This document shows, one piece after another, positions 49,090 to 57,383 of a stretch of 64,000 bases of DNA. The translations under genes were made by a program, and so were the position numbers. The notes under the pieces were generated by a model. That model was not told the origin of the DNA and made no database searches. It worked only from the letters and a program-made list of their open reading frames with translations. This DNA is from Lachnospiraceae bacterium (GTDB lineage: Bacteria > Bacillota > Clostridia > Lachnospirales > Lachnospiraceae): NCBI GenBank assembly GCA_017627275.1, contig JAGAHC010000008.1, positions 77 through 64,076 of the forward strand, given 5' to 3'. Numbering within the stretch: position 1 is the first letter of the stretch; every line of letters begins with the position of its first letter.

Positions 49090-50337
49090 TTATTTCGATT
49101 GCTGATAATACGCATAGGTTTCTTCCGTCATCGGGTCAATGGGCGCTTCCTTTAACCTGAGATAGGTAAGCGTATCGGAAAGGATCATCAAAAGCGCTTC
49201 ATCAAGGTCCCGGAATGCCGCTTTCCGGATCTCCGGCAGGCGTTTTGCCAGATTCCGCCCGGGCTCAATATAATCCGCAATATACAGGATCTTTTCAAGC
49301 AGCGTCATAGCAGGTTTCCCGGTCGAATGACAGCGAATGGCGGAGAGGATCTCCTCGTCTTCCACACCGAAGGTCTGCCTGGCGATCACCGCCCCGGCCT
49401 TCGCATGCAAAAGCTCCTCGTTATCCCGCTCAATCTCGGAAACCGGAAGGCCGTTCTCCTCACAAAGCCGGATCTTATCCTCTTTGGAGAGGTATTTCCC
49501 GACATCATGCAAAAAACCGGCAAGTTCCGCCCTCTCAGGATCCGCGCCATGGACCAGGGAAAGCGCGTACGCCGTCCCCGCGACCCCTAAGCTGTGCACG
49601 AAGCGCTTGTAGGGGAGGATCTCCTCCACTTTATGGACGATCTCGAGCCTGTTTTCCCTGGAAAGCGCGATATTTTCATTTATCAACCCGGTCGGTAAAT
49701 TTGACCGATTGGATAATTCATCCTGATAAAGGCCTTTTTCCAGAATATAGCTTTCTACGGCAGCAGGCGTCAGAAAATGGATGCTCTCCCCTCTTGCCAC
49801 GCGGTCTCTGATCAGGGTGGATGAGATCCCGACAGAGAGGATCGGCAGCCGATGGATTCTGGCCCCGTATTCTCTCTGCAGTCTTTCTATGGTCTCTTGC
49901 AGTATCTCCTCTTCGACCTGGTCCTCCCGCACTGCCACACAGATCTCTGCGAGAGCAAAGATCGTTTCCGGCTTGTACCAGGTATGCATGTTGCAGAGCG
50001 TATCCGCTCCGACGATGAAGTAATAGACTGCGTCCGGATTCTCCTTCGCAAGCGCCTCCAGCGTATCCGCCGTATAGGTGTTGCCCTCCCGGCGGATCTC
50101 CATATCGCTCACGAAAAGGCCTTTTTCTCCGAGCGCGGAGAGCCTCGCCATGGTGAGGCGGTCGGAAGCCTTTGTCACCTTCTTCCCCATCTCTTCCTTC
50201 ATATAGGAATGCCCGGATGGCATCAGAAGGACTTTATCCAGGGAAAAAGCGCTTTTTGCTTCTTCCGCCAGAAGGAGGTGCGCATAATGAATGGGATCGA
50301 ACGTCCCGCCCAGAATTCCGATTTTTTCAGGAGTCAT
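49090..50337 (-). CDS. nadD: Fused NadD nicotinate-nucleotide adenylyltransferase and YqeK HD-domain Ap4A hydrolase
   Basis: GGTFDPIH..H, FIVGAD, ISSTLIR, then KRFVHSLGV, LHDVGK, IRCHSTG, ADYIEPGR in one frame. Confidence 0.92.
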   Translation of the reverse strand: MTPEKIGILGGTFDPIHYAHLLLAEEAKSAFSLDKVLLMPSGHSYMKEEMGKKVTKASDRLTMARLSALGEKGLFVSDMEIRREGNTYTADTLEALAKENPDAVYYFIVGADTLCNMHTWYKPETIFALAEICVAVREDQVEEEILQETIERLQREYGARIHRLPILSVGISSTLIRDRVARGESIHFLTPAAVESYILEKGLYQDELSNRSNLPTGLINENIALSRENRLEIVHKVEEILPYKRFVHSLGVAGTAYALSLVHGADPERAELAGFLHDVGKYLSKEDKIRLCEENGLPVSEIERDNEELLHAKAGAVIARQTFGVEDEEILSAIRCHSTGKPAMTLLEKILYIADYIEPGRNLAKRLPEIRKAAFRDLDEALLMILSDTLTYLRLKEAPIDPMTEETYAYYQQSK

Positions 50338-51625
50338 AGTATTCAAACGCGTGCCCGTAGATCCTTACGGTGTCTCCTTCCCGGATTCCCAATGCCTTTA
50401 ATTCGTCGGCAATGCCATTTTCTTCGATAAATTTCTGGAAGAACATAAATCCCTTCTCGGTTTCCAGATTGGTATAGCCAAGCATCCTTTCGACGCGCGG
50501 TCCTTCGACCAAGAAGTCCTTCGTCTTTTTGTCCCTCGTCACGGTAAACGGCAGTTCTTCCCTGGTCAGCGCCTCTTCCGGATCGTATTCCTGCGCATAG
50601 ACGATGCTGTCCTCTTCCTGTGTGCTGACGATCTCATGAGCCTTGGAAAGGAGGTCTCTCACGCCCTTTCCGGTGGCTGCGCTGATCGAAAAGACCGGCA
50701 CATGCAAAGGATCCAGCTTCTCATGGAGCCTTTGCAGGATCTCCTCTTCCTCTTCCGGCAGCAAAAGATCGGTCTTGTTGGCGGCAAGGATCTGTTTTTT
50801 CTTTGTGAGGTCCGCATTGTACTTTGCCAGTTCCGCATTGATCGCATCGATGTCGTTTAACGGATCTCTGCCTTCTAAACCCGCGGCATCGATCACATGG
50901 ATCAGGACTCTCGTCCGCTCGATGTGCTGCAGGAAATCATGTCCGAGCCCTGCGCCTTCCGCGGCGCCTTCGATCAGCCCCGGGATGTCCGCCATGACAA
51001 AGCTTCTTTCGTCATCCAGATCCACCACGCCGAGCATCGGCGCAAGCGTCGTAAAGTGGTAATCGGCGACTTTCGGCCTGGCATTGGTCGACTCGGAAAG
51101 GAGCGTCGATTTTCCGACATTCGGAAAGCCGACGAGTCCGACATCCGCGATCAGTTTCAGCTCCAGCAACAGGTTCAGTTCCCGTGCCGGCTGTCCCGGC
51201 TGTGCGTATTTCGGCGCCTGCATGGTGCTGGTCGCGTAATGCTGGTTGCCGTTGCCGCCGTGGCCGCCCTTTAACAGCACAAAGCGTTTGGTGTCCCCTG
51301 ACAGATCGACGATCACCTTCCCGCTTTCCGCTTCTTTCACCAGCGTCCCCTTCGGGAGCTTCAGGACCAGATCGTTTCCCTTCTTCCCGGCCTGTTTTTT
51401 CTTTCTGCCGTCTTCGCCGGGCTCCGCCTTGAACTTCTGGTTATGACGGTACGCCGAGAGCGTGTTTACGCCCTCATCCACTTCCAGGATGATGCTGCCG
51501 CCGTTGCCGCCGTCGCCGCCGTCCGGCCCGCCGTTGGGCACGTATTTTTCCCGGCGGAACGACACATGGCCGTCGCCGCCCTTTCCGCTGATGACTGTGA
51601 TTCTTACCTTATCCGCAAATGCCAT
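50327..51625 (-). CDS. obgE: GTPase ObgE
   Basis: Gly-rich Obg fold, GFPNVGKST, DIPGLIEGA, NKTD, C-terminal OCT domain. Confidence 0.97.
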   Translation of the reverse strand: MAFADKVRITVISGKGGDGHVSFRREKYVPNGGPDGGDGGNGGSIILEVDEGVNTLSAYRHNQKFKAEPGEDGRKKKQAGKKGNDLVLKLPKGTLVKEAESGKVIVDLSGDTKRFVLLKGGHGGNGNQHYATSTMQAPKYAQPGQPARELNLLLELKLIADVGLVGFPNVGKSTLLSESTNARPKVADYHFTTLAPMLGVVDLDDERSFVMADIPGLIEGAAEGAGLGHDFLQHIERTRVLIHVIDAAGLEGRDPLNDIDAINAELAKYNADLTKKKQILAANKTDLLLPEEEEEILQRLHEKLDPLHVPVFSISAATGKGVRDLLSKAHEIVSTQEEDSIVYAQEYDPEEALTREELPFTVTRDKKTKDFLVEGPRVERMLGYTNLETEKGFMFFQKFIEENGIADELKALGIREGDTVRIYGHAFEYYDS

Positions 51626-51650
51626 TTGAATGTCCTTTATGAATGCTTGT

Positions 51651-52313
51651 TTATTCCAGATACGTCGCGTCGCCCAGGCCTTCGAACCGGATGTCCTTTA
51701 CCTTCTTGTCCGCGAGATCGACATACACATCGAATTCTTCCCAGCGCTCCTTTGGGACTTCCCCGTCAAAGTGGATGTCATAGGCAAATGCCCCGTATTC
51801 GAGCCAGACTTCCAACGTCTCGTAGTTATAGAACATGCCGCTTCTCCAGCCGGCGTCGAAGAGTTCCTGCCCGGTCTTGCCGATAAGCTGATCCAGCTCT
51901 TCCTGTGACAGGATGGTCTCATCCAGGTTTTCGACTGTTTTTACGGGGACATCCCCGATCAGCTGCGCCACGTTTTTATCGTAGTCGTCGTCAAATTCGA
52001 GCGCAAACAGCTGATCCGAAAGGTCCTTTGTCAGATCCGCCACAACGCGATAGGTGACGCCGTCCTTCTGAAACGCGTAGACAAAGTTTTCCTCCGTAAA
52101 CGACTGCTGTTCCGTATACTCATCCTTATCGGCGATCGAAAGCGCATCGCCGACGGTCTTGATGGCGGAAAGGTCAAGACCGGCCGCTTCCCCCGTACTT
52201 TCTTCGGAAGCCTGTTCCGTACTGCCTGCCGTATTCTCTGCCGTTGCGGCGCCGCACCCTGCCGTCAGCAGAAACGCCATGGCCGCGATCATAAGGATCA
52301 TTGTTTTTTTCAT
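51651..52313 (-). CDS. Hypothetical acidic lipoprotein
   Basis: MKKTMILMIAAMAFLLTAGC lipobox; RBS AAAGGAG; start 52313 or 52319. Confidence 0.75.
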   Translation of the reverse strand: MKKTMILMIAAMAFLLTAGCGAATAENTAGSTEQASEESTGEAAGLDLSAIKTVGDALSIADKDEYTEQQSFTEENFVYAFQKDGVTYRVVADLTKDLSDQLFALEFDDDYDKNVAQLIGDVPVKTVENLDETILSQEELDQLIGKTGQELFDAGWRSGMFYNYETLEVWLEYGAFAYDIHFDGEVPKERWEEFDVYVDLADKKVKDIRFEGLGDATYLE

Positions 52314-52388
52314 CTTCATTCTCTCCTTTGTGACCAAAAATTCTGTCAGTATCAATTGTAACCTTATTGCCCCCAATTTCAAAGGAAT

Positions 52389-52420
52389 AAAAAAACAGGC
52401 CCCGCAAAGGCGGGACCTGT
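52389..52420 (-). terminator. Terminator after rpmA
   Basis: Minus-strand stem ACAGGTCCCGC/GCGGGGCCTGT followed by T-run. Confidence 0.7.
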
Positions 52421-52441
52421 CAGTGTTTCGTTGAAAAACGA

Positions 52442-52702
52442 TTATTCCTCCACCGGATAGACGTTTGCCTTGGTGTTGAACTTGCCGGCATGCTCGAAAC
52501 GAAGGATGCCGTCCTTCATTGCAAATAAGGTGTCATCACCGCCGCGGCCTACGTTCAGACCCGGATGGATCTTGGTTCCACGCTGTCTGTGAAGAATATT
52601 GCCGGCCTTGACGAACTGTCCGTCGGCACGCTTCGCGCCCAGTCTCTTCGCATTTGAGTCGCGGCCGTTCTTTGTGGAGCCCATACCTTTTTTATGAGCC
52701 AT
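52442..52702 (-). CDS. rpmA: 50S ribosomal protein L27 without N-terminal extension
   Basis: [16 protein letters not shown]...[10 protein letters not shown]; in-frame TGA five codons upstream of ATG. Confidence 0.97.
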   Translation of the reverse strand: MAHKKGMGSTKNGRDSNAKRLGAKRADGQFVKAGNILHRQRGTKIHPGLNVGRGGDDTLFAMKDGILRFEHAGKFNTKANVYPVEE

Positions 52703-52742
52703 GATAATCTCCCTTCAAATCAATCAGATCGAACTGCTTTCG

Positions 52743-53048
52743 TCAGATCGAAATACTTTCGATCTTTACGCGTGTAAAAGGCTGTCTGTGACCGTTCTTC
52801 TTGTGATACCCTTTTTTGGGCTTGTAACGGTAGACAACGACTTTTTTCTGCTTGCCCTGTTCCATGACGGTAGCGGACACGCTGGCGGCCTTCACATCAG
52901 CGCCGACCTTTAAACTGTCCCCGCCCACTGCCAGGACGTCGTCGAACTTCACAGTATCGCCGGTTTCGGCTTCAAGCTTCTCGACTTCGATGATATCGCC
53001 TTCGGAAACCTTATACTGCTTTCCGCCTGTTGCAATGATTGCGTACAT
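52743..53048 (-). CDS. rplU: 50S ribosomal protein L21
   Basis: [14 protein letters not shown]...KNGHRQPFT; RBS GGGAGG. Confidence 0.97.
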   Translation of the reverse strand: MYAIIATGGKQYKVSEGDIIEVEKLEAETGDTVKFDDVLAVGGDSLKVGADVKAASVSATVMEQGKQKKVVVYRYKPKKGYHKKNGHRQPFTRVKIESISI

Positions 53049-53067
53049 ATCGGTACCTCCCTTTCTA

Positions 53068-53183
53068 AAGACTCGCTGATTACGGTAAACAGAACGATCT
53101 GTTTTTTTAGCCCGGACTGCAGTACCAACAATCCGTAGCCGCGCCCATAGCGCATAGAACCTCACCAAGCGGCATACCGTAAT
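53068..53183 (-). ncRNA. Probable L21-leader cis-regulatory RNA
   Basis: 5' UTR of rplU closed by ATTACGGTA/TACCGTAAT; ends CAGCGAGTC like Firmicutes L21 leaders. Confidence 0.55.
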
Positions 53184-53212
53184 AATCTAGCATTATCACG
53201 GGAAAAAGTCAA
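53184..53212 (-). promoter_or_regulatory. rplU promoter
   Basis: TTGACT-17-TAGATT with TGc extension. Confidence 0.7.
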
Positions 53213-53214
53213 AT

Positions 53215-53745
53215 CTATCTTTCCGAAATATCCTTGTTGATCATTTCCAGATACGGCACCAGGACGCCCTGTTTTTTCGGAAGGATGTAGGTCTGATCGA
53301 GCTCGTCGAACCGGAAGCTCTTCCTTCCGCCCTTTTCCGCGCGCTCCCAGAACGGCAGAAAGTGCCGAAGCGGCAGGTAATAATACAGATCCTCCCCGCT
53401 GTAATAGATCAGGAAGAAGGCGATCCCGTCCTGCGCTTCGAATTCCTTCATGAATTCCACCTGATGGGGGTGGATATTCTGGAGCGCGAAGGTCTTTTCC
53501 GCGGATTCCTTAGCATCAAAACAGACCGGGATCCCCTGCACCGCACCGATGTAGTCGACCGTGCTCTTCTGGTCAAAGTACGCCAGTGTGATGTGTCTTG
53601 TCGCATTATCGATCTGGACCGGCGTGATCGGGGTCGGCACCTTCTGGATCAGCGCCAGCTTCCCTTCCCGGTACTTTTCATTGGTCCGGTTGATCATCTC
53701 TTCGAGGACGCTGCCCCGCAGTCCCCTGGAATTCCAAGTAGGCAT
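53215..53745 (-). CDS. recU: Holliday junction resolvase RecU
   Basis: GSVLEEMIN, QKVPTP, STVDY.G, FDAKE. Confidence 0.93.
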   Translation of the reverse strand: MPTWNSRGLRGSVLEEMINRTNEKYREGKLALIQKVPTPITPVQIDNATRHITLAYFDQKSTVDYIGAVQGIPVCFDAKESAEKTFALQNIHPHQVEFMKEFEAQDGIAFFLIYYSGEDLYYYLPLRHFLPFWERAEKGGRKSFRFDELDQTYILPKKQGVLVPYLEMINKDISER

Positions 53746-53760
53746 TCTTCATCCTTTCTG

Positions 53761-54414
53761 TCAGCGTTTCAGGGATTCCTGAGAAACCGGAAAATCAAAG
53801 TAGGTGTCCGGGTACGGCTCGTTTTCCAGTTCAAAATGCCACCATTCGCAGTCGATCGGCAAAAACCCGTTCCGCGTCATCGCACGCTGCAAAAACATCC
53901 GGTTCTCAAACTGCTCATCCGTGATCTTTCTGCAGTCCGGATGGGAAAGCTCACTGAAATAATCAAAGGGGCTCCCCATATCCACTTCTTTTCCGGTCTG
54001 CATGTCAAAGAGCGTCAGATCGATGGTGCTGCCCCGGCTGTGGGCGGAGCGGCTGGAGATGTACCCTCTCTGAAACAGTTCCTGCTTTTCGATGTCCGGG
54101 TAAAAGAAGGACTTCATCTTCAGATCCAGGTCCTCGATCCCCCAGAGTTCAAAATGCCTGACCGCCTTCGCGGGCCGGTAGGCATCGAACACCTTCAGGC
54201 GATATCCCTGCGCGTTCATCTCTCCCGCCACGACCTTTAAGGCTCTGGCCGCTTCCTTTGTTAACAGCGCGATCGGCTCCTCGTATCCGTCGATCCGCTC
54301 GCCGATGAAATTGTAGGTGCTGTAATACCGGATCTCCTGGATGATGCCCGGCACAAAATCCGAGAGCAGCACGAACCCGGAAGCATCCATCTCTGTGTTT
54401 CGTAAGGAACTCAT
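53761..54414 (-). CDS. D-alanyl-D-alanine dipeptidase (VanX/DdpX, peptidase M15)
   Basis: FDAYRP, SAHSRGSTID, DMGSPFDYF, EWWHF; ATGA overlap with rluC stop. Confidence 0.92.
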   Translation of the reverse strand: MSSLRNTEMDASGFVLLSDFVPGIIQEIRYYSTYNFIGERIDGYEEPIALLTKEAARALKVVAGEMNAQGYRLKVFDAYRPAKAVRHFELWGIEDLDLKMKSFFYPDIEKQELFQRGYISSRSAHSRGSTIDLTLFDMQTGKEVDMGSPFDYFSELSHPDCRKITDEQFENRMFLQRAMTRNGFLPIDCEWWHFELENEPYPDTYFDFPVSQESLKR

Positions 54415-55457
54415 TCCCCTTGCGCCTCCTCTTCTGATGCCGTAAAGACCCGGAAAACCTCCGGCTCACGGCTTACGATCTCGCGCTCCGACAGGGCAGA
54501 CAGACTTCCTGTCAGTGCCGGAAACACGAGTTTATGACAATGCAACAGCTGTCGTTTCGGCATGCCCTTCGGAAGCTTCTTTTCCGCCGCACGGTTCCGC
54601 TCTTCATTCCCGTATTTCGGGTCAAAGAGGATCGGGTGCCCGGCGGACGCAAAGTGCACGCGCAGCTGATGGCTTCTCCCCGTCAGGAGCCTTGCTTCCA
54701 CAAGGGACACCGTATCATAATCGTTCGAGCAGCAGGCCGTGCTGACTTCTCTGCTTAGGCGAACATACTCCGTCCTGCTGTATTTGCTTCCCGGGACCTC
54801 CTCTTTAGAGAACGTCACGGTGTTCGTCTTTTCGTCCTTCAAAAGATACCCTTCGATCGATCCGCTCACCGGGACCTGCCCGAGGACGACCAGCCGGTAA
54901 TACTTCTCGATCCCGTCCTCTCTGAAAAGCCTCGTCATTTCTCTTTCCGCGGAAAGCGTCTTCGCACAGACAAGGAGACCGCTCGTATTGCGGTCCAACC
55001 GGTGCGTTGCGGTCGGCTTAAAGTACGATAGGCTCTCCTTTGTCGCTTCCCCCTTTTCCAGAAGATAGCCTGTGAGCCACTCATTCACGGAAATATCGTC
55101 CCTGTCCGCCTTCTGCGAAAGGACGCCGGCCGGCTTATTGAGGATCAGGACTGCTTCGTCTTCATACACGATGGCGTCCCGCAGTTCTTTGAGCGCTGCC
55201 AGGGCATGCGCATACTCTTCGATTCCCGCGGTTTCGCTTTGCGAAAGCTTTAAGAAGGTCTCCTCCGCCAGATAAAAGCGGACTTCGTCCCCCTCCTGTA
55301 GCAGGTAATCGCCTTCAGCCTTTTTGCCGTTCACTACGATATTCTTTTTGCGCAACATCTTATAGGGGAAGGATCCCGCCGCAGAAGGCAAAAGTCGTTT
55401 GATGTACTTATCCAGCCTCTGCCCGGCATCCCCCGTCGCGATCTGAAACGATCTCAT
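54411..55457 (-). CDS. RluA-family pseudouridine synthase (RluC-like)
   Basis: S4 domain, NKPAG, HRLDRNTSG, GRSHQLRVH; start 55457 or 55475. Confidence 0.9.
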   Translation of the reverse strand: MRSFQIATGDAGQRLDKYIKRLLPSAAGSFPYKMLRKKNIVVNGKKAEGDYLLQEGDEVRFYLAEETFLKLSQSETAGIEEYAHALAALKELRDAIVYEDEAVLILNKPAGVLSQKADRDDISVNEWLTGYLLEKGEATKESLSYFKPTATHRLDRNTSGLLVCAKTLSAEREMTRLFREDGIEKYYRLVVLGQVPVSGSIEGYLLKDEKTNTVTFSKEEVPGSKYSRTEYVRLSREVSTACCSNDYDTVSLVEARLLTGRSHQLRVHFASAGHPILFDPKYGNEERNRAAEKKLPKGMPKRQLLHCHKLVFPALTGSLSALSEREIVSREPEVFRVFTASEEEAQGE

Positions 55458-55492
55458 GCGTTTATTGTACCCCATTTTTCATCGCTTGGCAG

Positions 55493-55527
55493 AAGGAACC
55501 GGTTTCCTCAGGGATAAGTGGTTCCTT
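55493..55527. repeat. Short palindromic repeat copy 2
   Basis: Reverse complement AAGGAACCACTTATCCCTGAGGAAACCGGTTCCTT aligns with 6193..6225. Confidence 0.65.
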
Positions 55528-55532
55528 TCATG

Positions 55533-55563
55533 AAAAAAGGACAGATACCGCAGTATCTGTCCT
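55533..55563 (-). terminator. Terminator after the coaD operon
   Basis: Stem AGGACAGATAC/GTATCTGTCCT, T6 on the minus strand. Confidence 0.8.
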
Positions 55564-55585
55564 CTCCGTGATTTCTTTATACAGC

Positions 55586-56212
55586 TCAGATGAGCTTCAG
55601 CTCCTCCGAGGTGCCCTCTCCGGCATCCTCTGTATACTCGCCGTCCGTCCCTTCGGATTCTTCCGGAACGAGGCTTTCGCGGACAAGCGCCTGTTTGTTC
55701 TGGCGCAGTGTACGGATATAGTTTTCAAGGCTTGCGGAAAGAACAGAGTGCGCATCATTGGCCTGGGCCAGCGTATTGGTGGAGAGTGTCTCCAGTTCAT
55801 CCAGGAGCCCTTCTACGTATGCGACGGCGCTCTCTCTGTAGGCGGTCGCTTCTTCGTTGGCCTGCCGGAGGACGGCGTCAGCCTTTCTGGAAGACAGTGC
55901 CATCACTTCATTCGCCTGCGTATAGGCCTGCTGCATGATGGCATGCTCATTGATCAGTTCGTTGGTCTGTACCGTTGCCTCTTCGATCAGCTGATTGGCC
56001 TTTTTGCGGGCATCGTTCAGGATCTCTTCTTTATTGGCGATGATTTGTCTGTGGCGCTCGATCTCCACGGGGACGGAAGCGTGCAGGTCGTCCAGCAGTC
56101 CGTACAGTTCCTCCCTGTCCACGATGATCTTGGAGCTCGAAAACGCCTGATACTTGCAGCCGTCGATATACTCCTGAATTTGGGCAATGATATCTTCGAT
56201 TCTACTGTTCAT
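55586..56212 (-). CDS. Coiled-coil protein, SepIVA/DivIVA-like
   Basis: Follows coaD; IVDREELYGLLDDL..SVPVEI then heptads; RBS AGAGG. Confidence 0.65.
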   Translation of the reverse strand: MNSRIEDIIAQIQEYIDGCKYQAFSSSKIIVDREELYGLLDDLHASVPVEIERHRQIIANKEEILNDARKKANQLIEEATVQTNELINEHAIMQQAYTQANEVMALSSRKADAVLRQANEEATAYRESAVAYVEGLLDELETLSTNTLAQANDAHSVLSASLENYIRTLRQNKQALVRESLVPEESEGTDGEYTEDAGEGTSEELKLI

Positions 56213-56720
56213 TGTTCCTCTCCTTACGTTTTTCGTAAGCCTCTTTGTATTTTTCTTTAATAATCGCTTCGATTTCGGGGGGAACACAAGGAGAAATATC
56301 CCCGCCAAAAGAAGCGATTTCGCGAACGCTGGAAGAACTCAGATACGCATACTGGAGCCTTGTCATCAGAAAGACGGTATCAAGCGCCCCTCTCGACAAA
56401 AGGCGGTTCGTCTGCGCGATCTGCATCTCATATTCAAAATCCGTAACGGCACGAAGCCCGCGGATCGACACATGACAGTCGATCGATTCCGCATAATCGA
56501 TGAGCAGACCGTCATTCGTATCGATGACGACATTCGGGATGTCCTTCGTGACCAGTTTCAACATTTTAACACGTTCTTCTACGGAAAACAACGAACTCTT
56601 CGCCTTGTTATCCAGGATGCAGACCGTGATTTTATCAAACATTCTGGCCGCGCGCTGGATGATGTCAATGTGTCCGTAGGTGACGGGATCAAAGCTTCCC
56701 GGATATATCGCTGACTTCAT
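56202..56720 (-). CDS. coaD: Phosphopantetheine adenylyltransferase
   Basis: YPGSFDPVTYGH, RGLRAVTDFEYE, LSSSSVRE. Confidence 0.97.
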   Translation of the reverse strand: MKSAIYPGSFDPVTYGHIDIIQRAARMFDKITVCILDNKAKSSLFSVEERVKMLKLVTKDIPNVVIDTNDGLLIDYAESIDCHVSIRGLRAVTDFEYEMQIAQTNRLLSRGALDTVFLMTRLQYAYLSSSSVREIASFGGDISPCVPPEIEAIIKEKYKEAYEKRKERNNEQ

Positions 56721-56768
56721 GATACTCCTGCCTTATCTGCTGTCTTAAAAAAGTTCTTAGATAGTATA

Positions 56769-57335
56769 TCACAAATCGGACGATCCATCTTTTTTTGCAA
56801 TAAAGAGATGCCTCTGTCCCTTATAGCGTTTTTCCCTGGTAATGAAAAGCTGCAGATCCTCGAGAAAAGTAAAATCGGACGTGAGGGAGGTCTCCACGAT
56901 GATCTGCGTATTCTCCGTCACGTAATCCATGGCAGACAGGGCGGACAGGATGTCCCGCACGACGGGGGATTCATAGGGCGGATCGACATAGATCAGGTCG
57001 ACTTCCTTTTCCCTGATGTGACGGAGGGCCGATACGGCATCCTGCTTTAAGAGCGTCCCCTCTTCTTCAAAATGCGTCTTATGCAGATTCTCCTGAATGC
57101 AGGCGACCGCATTTTTGTTGTTTTCGATGAAATAAGCCCGCACCGCGCCGCGGGAAAGCGCCTCGATCCCGATGCCGCCGCTCCCCGCGCAGACATCGAC
57201 AAAGACAGAGCCCGGCACCGCAGCCTGGATGATGTTAAAGAGCGTCTCTTTGATCCGATCCTGCGTAGGCCGCGTATCGTTGCCGGAGGGTGTCACCAGC
57301 TGCATCCTTCTCATGGTTCCCGCAATCACTCTCAT
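56769..57335 (-). CDS. rsmD: 16S rRNA (guanine966-N2)-methyltransferase RsmD
   Basis: MRVIAG, TRPTQDRIKETLFN, AGSGGIGIEALSRGA, DPPY. Confidence 0.95.
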   Translation of the reverse strand: MRVIAGTMRRMQLVTPSGNDTRPTQDRIKETLFNIIQAAVPGSVFVDVCAGSGGIGIEALSRGAVRAYFIENNKNAVACIQENLHKTHFEEEGTLLKQDAVSALRHIREKEVDLIYVDPPYESPVVRDILSALSAMDYVTENTQIIVETSLTSDFTFLEDLQLFITREKRYKGQRHLFIAKKDGSSDL

Positions 57336-57383
57336 GTCCTGCTCCTTCTCTCCGCCAACAAGCATGACGGACTCAGTATCGCA

